NCBI GenBank assembly: GCA_964359755.1
Contig: CAYHUB010000004.1
Span: 1 to 39,730 of the forward strand
Direction of reading: 5' to 3'
DNA length: 39,730 nucleotides
Source: an uncultured Candidatus Saccharibacteria bacterium
GTDB taxonomy: Bacteria > Patescibacteriota > Minisyncoccia > GWC2-36-17 > WO2-46-25
The position numbers were made by a program, and so were the translations under genes. This document shows, in pieces, positions 35,582 to 39,730 of the stretch. Position 1 is the first letter of the stretch; the number at the start of each line of letters is the position of its first letter. The notes beneath the pieces are model-generated. The model was not told the DNA's origin and made no database searches. It saw only the letters and a list, made by a program, of their open reading frames with translations.

Positions 35582-36354
35582 TGACTTCTATCATTATCAG
35601 CACAGAAAAGGAGATCATCGCGATGCGCCGCGGAGGAAAGATCTTGGCGGAGGTACTTGCACGACTTGCAGAAATGGCTGTCCCTGGCGCAGATGCCTCG
35701 GAGCTCAACAAAGAGGCGGAAAAACTCATCGCCAAGCATGGTGCGACCCCTCTTTTTTTGGGATATCAGCCGGAAGGAGCGTCATCACCCTATCCTGCGG
35801 CGCTATGTGTGAGTATTAATGATGAAGTAGTGCATGCGGTTCCGTATACAGGAAAAATCATCAAAGAGGGAGATGTGATAAGTCTTGACCTCGGTGTTCG
35901 CTATGAGGGTATGTGCACCGACAGCGCGCTTACGGTTGCGGCAGGTGCTGTTCCTGTCCGAACGCGAAAACTTATCGCGGTAACGAATAAAGCGCTGTAT
36001 GAGGGTATCGCTGTCGTGCGCGCCGGCGCGCGGATCGGCGATATCGGGCATGCTATCCAGCAGTGCATCGAGCAGGAGGGGTTTTCTGTGGTGCGCGAGC
36101 TTGCGGGGCATGGCGTAGGGCATCATGCGCACGAAGAGCCGATGATCTTGAATTTCGGAAAAAAGGGAACAGGCGAGCAACTTGTTGCGGGTATGACGAT
36201 CGCGCTTGAGCCGATGGTGACCGACGGCGATTGGCGCATCAAAACCGATACGGATGGATGGGGCATTCGCACCATGGACGGGTCGCTCGCGGCGCATTTT
36301 GAACACACACTCCTTGTGACGGAGGAAGGGTGTGAGATACTGACAGAACTCTGA
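35581..36354 (+). CDS. map: Methionine aminopeptidase type I
   Basis: CVSINDEVVH, SLDLG...TDSA, GHGVG...HEEP, ALEPM, AHFEHT. Confidence 0.98.
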   Translation: MTSIIISTEKEIIAMRRGGKILAEVLARLAEMAVPGADASELNKEAEKLIAKHGATPLFLGYQPEGASSPYPAALCVSINDEVVHAVPYTGKIIKEGDVISLDLGVRYEGMCTDSALTVAAGAVPVRTRKLIAVTNKALYEGIAVVRAGARIGDIGHAIQQCIEQEGFSVVRELAGHGVGHHAHEEPMILNFGKKGTGEQLVAGMTIALEPMVTDGDWRIKTDTDGWGIRTMDGSLAAHFEHTLLVTEEGCEILTEL

Positions 36355-36479
36355 ATTTCTAATATTTAATTTCTAATCAATGACCAAATTCTAATGCCCA
36401 ATGATTAAAAAACTGTGCATCTATCAAACATTTTATCATTGTGATTTGATTAGGAATTAGAAATTTGTCATTAGAAATT
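36354..36479. repeat. AT-rich heptamer-periodic inverted-repeat element
   Basis: AATTTCT-AATATTT-AATTTCT-AATCAAT-GACC... mirrored by ...CATTG.GATTTGATTAGGAATTAGAAATTTGTCATTAGAAATT. Confidence 0.75.
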
Positions 36480-36481
36480 AT

Positions 36482-36865
36482 ATGAAGTTTTTAGGCATCG
36501 ATTACGGAGAAAAGCGCATCGGCATTGCGGTGTCCGATGACGGCGGCATGATCGCATTTCCGCATGTAACGATCGAAAACACATCTTTTACGCTTTCAGA
36601 GATCAAAAAAATATGCGATGCCCAAAAGCCAGTGCATATTATTATCGGGATGCCGATGCTTATCGGCGAGGTGTCGCCGCTCATGCGGACGATTGAGCGA
36701 TTTGGCGAGGCGCTTGCGCGATTCGCGCAGATCCCGGTGGCGTATGAAAACGAAATGTTTACGACGAAAATGGCCATCCGCGATGGCGCGAAAAAAAATA
36801 CGGTAGATCAAAGCTCCGCCGCGCTTATTTTGCAAAGTTATTTAGACAGACAAAAAAGGGTATAG
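36482..36865 (+). CDS. yqgF: YqgF/RuvX family nuclease (pre-16S rRNA processing)
   Basis: LGIDYGEKRIGIAVSD, IIIGMP, ENEMFTT, VDQSSAALILQSYLD. Confidence 0.95.
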   Translation: MKFLGIDYGEKRIGIAVSDDGGMIAFPHVTIENTSFTLSEIKKICDAQKPVHIIIGMPMLIGEVSPLMRTIERFGEALARFAQIPVAYENEMFTTKMAIRDGAKKNTVDQSSAALILQSYLDRQKRV

Positions 36866-36891
36866 TATAATAGAGTCACCAACAACTAAGC

Positions 36892-37632
36892 ATGGAAAAA
36901 GAAGTTTTTTTATCGGTCGTGATTCCTGCATATAATGAAGAACATCGTCTCGGCACAACGCTTGAGGCGGTTGATGCATATCTCAAAAAACAAACATATG
37001 AGTATGAAGTGCTGGTGGTAAGCGACGGGTCGTCGGACCGCACCGGAGCAATGGTGAGAGACCGCGCGCGCACCATGCAGGGGCTCGTGCTTATCGATAA
37101 CAAAGAAAACAACGGCAAAGGATATGTCGTGCGGCAGGGGATGCTTGCCGCGCGTGGAAAGTTTAGGTTATTCATGGATTCCGATCATTCCGTATCAATT
37201 GAGTACGTGGAAAAATTTCTGCCGTATTTCTCGCAGGGGTATGACGTAGTGATCGCTTCCATAGAGCTTCCGGGGGCGACCATAGAAGAACGCGCGGCGT
37301 GGTATCGGCGCATACTCGGGCATTATGCAAAACTCCTTATTCGCCTGCTCGCTATTTGGGAGATACACGATACCCAGCGGGGGTTCAAGATCTTTTCCGC
37401 TCGCGCCGCGAATGAAGTTTTTTCTTTGCAAACGCTTACGCGATGGGGGTTTGACATCGAGGTATTGGTGATCGCAAAGAAGCTTGGCTACCGCATGAAA
37501 GAGCTTCCGGTGATATGGAAAAATAGCGGAGAATCAAAAGTGGGCTTAAGCGCGTATGTCACGACATTGCGTGATTTGTTTATCGTGCGAAAGAATATGC
37601 TTTTGGGTAAATATCGCCGTATAACAAAATAA
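36892..37632 (+). CDS. GT2 glycosyltransferase (polyprenol-phosphate glycosyltransferase, ALG5/DPG-synthase-like)
   Basis: SVVIPAYNEE, VVSDGSSDRT, NNGKGY, FMDSD, DTQRGFKIF, WGFDIEVL. Confidence 0.93.
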   Translation: MEKEVFLSVVIPAYNEEHRLGTTLEAVDAYLKKQTYEYEVLVVSDGSSDRTGAMVRDRARTMQGLVLIDNKENNGKGYVVRQGMLAARGKFRLFMDSDHSVSIEYVEKFLPYFSQGYDVVIASIELPGATIEERAAWYRRILGHYAKLLIRLLAIWEIHDTQRGFKIFSARAANEVFSLQTLTRWGFDIEVLVIAKKLGYRMKELPVIWKNSGESKVGLSAYVTTLRDLFIVRKNMLLGKYRRITK

Positions 37633-37647
37633 GCGTAACGAGTATTC

Positions 37648-38673
37648 ATGGCAATAAAAAAGAAAAATATATCGGAGTTACGGCAGGACCTGGTATCGGG
37701 GGATTGGGTGGTGATCGCGCTTGCGCGCGGAAAGCGCCCCTATGCATTTGCGGCGGGGGAAAAGCCGAAAAAAAAGGACACGCCCCTTTCTCAGTGTCCG
37801 TTCGAATCGTTATCGGAAAGGAAAGAGAAGCCGTTCGTACGATATGACTATCAGCAGGGAGGCCGGGCGACCGGGTGGTCGGTGGTGGCTGTTTTGAATA
37901 AATTTCCCGCATTCAGCAAAGGAACATGCAATTCTTTTTCCAAAGAAGGCCCGTATACGTTTGCGGAAGGAGTTGGGTCGCATGAGGTATTTATTTTACG
38001 GGATCACAAGCGCTATATTCCCGATCTTGATGCGGAAGAGATGATCAATCTTGTGCGCGCGTATCGGGAGCGGTACCGGGCGCTTGAGCACCAAAAATGC
38101 GTTGCCTACGTGCTGGTGTTTCATAATCATGGCCGAGAGGCTGGCGCGTCGCTTCCCCACCCGCATTCGCAGTTGATCGCGATGCCGGTAATCCCGGCCG
38201 ATGTGTCGCGGAGTTTGCGGGGATCGGAACGTTTTTTTCATGAGCACGGAACCTGCGTGCACTGCGAGATGATCCAATATGAGCTGCGGGTGAAAAAAAG
38301 GATCATCGATGAAAATGACCGGTTTGTCGCATTTGCGCCGTTCGCTTCGAAAGTGGCATTTGAAGTGCGGATCTCTCCGAAAATCCACCAGCCGAATTTT
38401 GGCATGCTTGAAGACGATGATCTCGCGCTGGTCGCAAAGATGCTGCAAAAGCAGCTGACGCGTTTGCGGAACGGTTTAAATGATCCTGCGTATAACTTTT
38501 TTATTCATACGGCGCCCGACGGCGAGAAACATGGCCATTATCATTGGCACATCGAAATCCTGCCCAAGACGTCCATTTGGGCCGGCTTTGAGATGGGTAC
38601 GGGCATTGAAATATCCGCGCTTGCTCCTGAAGCCGCCGCGGCATTCCTAAGAAAAGTTAAGATTTCGAAATAA
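37648..38673 (+). CDS. galT: Galactose-1-phosphate uridylyltransferase-like (GalT/HIT superfamily)
   Basis: SELRQD...WVVIA..R.KRP, NKFPAF, G.HEV, NHGREAGASLPHPHSQ, HWHIEI.P, AGFEMGTG. Confidence 0.88.
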   Translation: MAIKKKNISELRQDLVSGDWVVIALARGKRPYAFAAGEKPKKKDTPLSQCPFESLSERKEKPFVRYDYQQGGRATGWSVVAVLNKFPAFSKGTCNSFSKEGPYTFAEGVGSHEVFILRDHKRYIPDLDAEEMINLVRAYRERYRALEHQKCVAYVLVFHNHGREAGASLPHPHSQLIAMPVIPADVSRSLRGSERFFHEHGTCVHCEMIQYELRVKKRIIDENDRFVAFAPFASKVAFEVRISPKIHQPNFGMLEDDDLALVAKMLQKQLTRLRNGLNDPAYNFFIHTAPDGEKHGHYHWHIEILPKTSIWAGFEMGTGIEISALAPEAAAAFLRKVKISK

Positions 38674-38694
38674 AATTATTACCGAAAAGGGTTT

Positions 38695-39435
38695 ATGAAA
38701 CTTATTGTTGCAAATTGGAAAGCGTATGTTGCTGCCGCGAAAGAGGCGGAGTGCCTCGCAAAAAAAATAGCGCAGATAAAGATAAAAAAAGGTACCGCGG
38801 TCGTGGTATGCCCGCCGTTTGTGTTTCTTGATGCGGTCAAAAAAAAGATAGGACGAACAATACGCCTTGGTGCGCAGGATATTTTTTGGAAGGAGAGCGG
38901 TCCATATACGGGGGCGATCACCGCGGATATGCTCAAGGGGCTTGGCGTGCAAACAGTGATCGTCGGCCATTCCGAGCGGCGTCAGCATTTTTTAGAGAGC
39001 GATGATGTCGTACGTAAGAAGGTGGACATGGCGCTTGCCGGGGGGTTTGATGTGATCATCTGCGTCGGCGAACGAGAGCGGGAAGACAAGAAAGCGGTTC
39101 CCGAATCAGTAGGAGAACAAGTACGCGCCGCGCTCACCGGGATCTCGAAGGGTGCGCTTGCGCGCATTACTATCGCCTATGAACCGATATGGGCGATCGG
39201 TACGGGAGTTTCCGACACGCCTAATGACGCGCTTTCTGCGGCGATCTATATTAAAAAAGTTGTGGGCGAAATGTTCGGTTCAGCGCAGGCAGCTATGGTG
39301 AAAGTACTGTATGGGGGGTCGGTGGACTCCCGCAATATCCGCGACTTCGTTTTTCAGGAGGGGATTGATGGTGTGCTGGTAGGACGAGCATCGACCGACA
39401 AAGAGGAGTTTGCAAAGATGCTCGCATCTCTCTAA
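38695..39435 (+). CDS. tpiA: Triose-phosphate isomerase
   Basis: VANWK, GAQD, VGHSERR, AYEPIWAIGTG, LYGGSV. Confidence 0.98.
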   Translation: MKLIVANWKAYVAAAKEAECLAKKIAQIKIKKGTAVVVCPPFVFLDAVKKKIGRTIRLGAQDIFWKESGPYTGAITADMLKGLGVQTVIVGHSERRQHFLESDDVVRKKVDMALAGGFDVIICVGEREREDKKAVPESVGEQVRAALTGISKGALARITIAYEPIWAIGTGVSDTPNDALSAAIYIKKVVGEMFGSAQAAMVKVLYGGSVDSRNIRDFVFQEGIDGVLVGRASTDKEEFAKMLASL

Positions 39436-39458
39436 AATATTTTTTGAATTCGAAAGAG

Positions 39459-39581
39459 TTCCCCCGTCGCTCTCAATTCTTTCTTTTATCTTAATCCGCC
39501 GGCTGGCGGACAGCCCTTCATTATTGTTTTATATAAAAGGGCGTGAGAGGATTAAAGAAAGAATTGAGAGCGACGGGGGAA
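39459..39581. repeat. Long-hairpin repeat element, copy B
   Basis: 28-bp perfect inverted arms (39459-39486/39554-39581); core is the reverse complement of the 16076 element core. Confidence 0.88.
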
Positions 39582-39614
39582 GCGAAATCGACTGGCACTG
39601 ATTGAAAAAGCACG

Positions 39615-39728
39615 TTAGTCGTTGCGCGTGAAGAGCGTGATGTCGCGCCACCAGCGGCGGATAACCGCGGGATTACGGGTAACGGAGTAAAAATAATAGA
39701 GCTCAACAAGCTGTGCGAATACCCAGCC
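39615..39728 (-). CDS. Probable 3' end of a convergent gene (partial, unknown product)
   Basis: Open minus frame from the window edge: GWVFAQLVELYYFYSVTRNPAVIRRWWRDITLFTRND*, ending just before hairpin copy B. Confidence 0.4.
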   Translation of the reverse strand, partial: GWVFAQLVELYYFYSVTRNPAVIRRWWRDITLFTRND

Positions 39729-39730
39729 GA

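Noticed and set aside
19220-36354. Numerous antisense and overlapping ORFs across the ribosomal cluster
   Set aside because: Shadow frames of conserved genes with no independent motifs or expression signals.
39575-39730. tmRNA-like start (GGGGGAAGCGAAATCGAC)
   Set aside because: The G run belongs to the hairpin arm, the usual GG before TTCGAC is absent, no convincing tag frame is visible, and a plausible convergent CDS occupies the opposite strand. It cannot be fully excluded at the window edge.
1-39730. CRISPR array, rRNA, integrase/transposase, introns or inteins (including in nrdA), alternative genetic code
   Set aside because: No regularly spaced repeats, rRNA-like sequence or recombinase motifs were seen; core genes are uninterrupted; TGA terminates several genes (for example hisS, ftsA, map).

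Overview
Chromosomal housekeeping region of a bacterium, most likely Patescibacteria/CPR (Parcubacteria-like). Support: no rpmD/uL30 between rpsE and rplO, split comEC, long basic extensions on ribosomal proteins, scarce Shine-Dalgarno sites, and TGA used as stop (code 11). Gene order: 5' part of a short-N-terminus mfd, pth, LCP protein, lepB-hisS-HIT-rpsU-yqeY-ybeY-ftsA-ftsZ, class Ia nrdAB, an AT-rich three-gene accessory island, split comEC, ndk, a 6S RNA candidate, tRNA-Pro(GGG), rpmB, an M50 protease, the str-S10-spc ribosomal cluster through secY-adk-map, then yqgF, a GT2, a galT-like gene and tpiA. The most unusual signals are mostly intergenic. (i) A repeated long-hairpin element occurs twice (16076-16189 and 39459-39581), with a shared core and 28-bp perfect arms whose outer parts differ between copies. 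(ii) A 58-bp duplication of the comEC 5' end brackets an inserted gene cassette, next to a putative HEPN RNase. (iii) An RPE-like palindromic element and a candidate attenuator lie between rpsJ and rplC. (iv) A protein with a Phd-like N-terminus and an SSB-tail-like C-terminus sits between fusA and tuf. (v) A 50-aa membrane peptide missed by the ORF track has its own promoter, RBS and terminator. All calls come from reading the sequence; no searches or folding programs were run.
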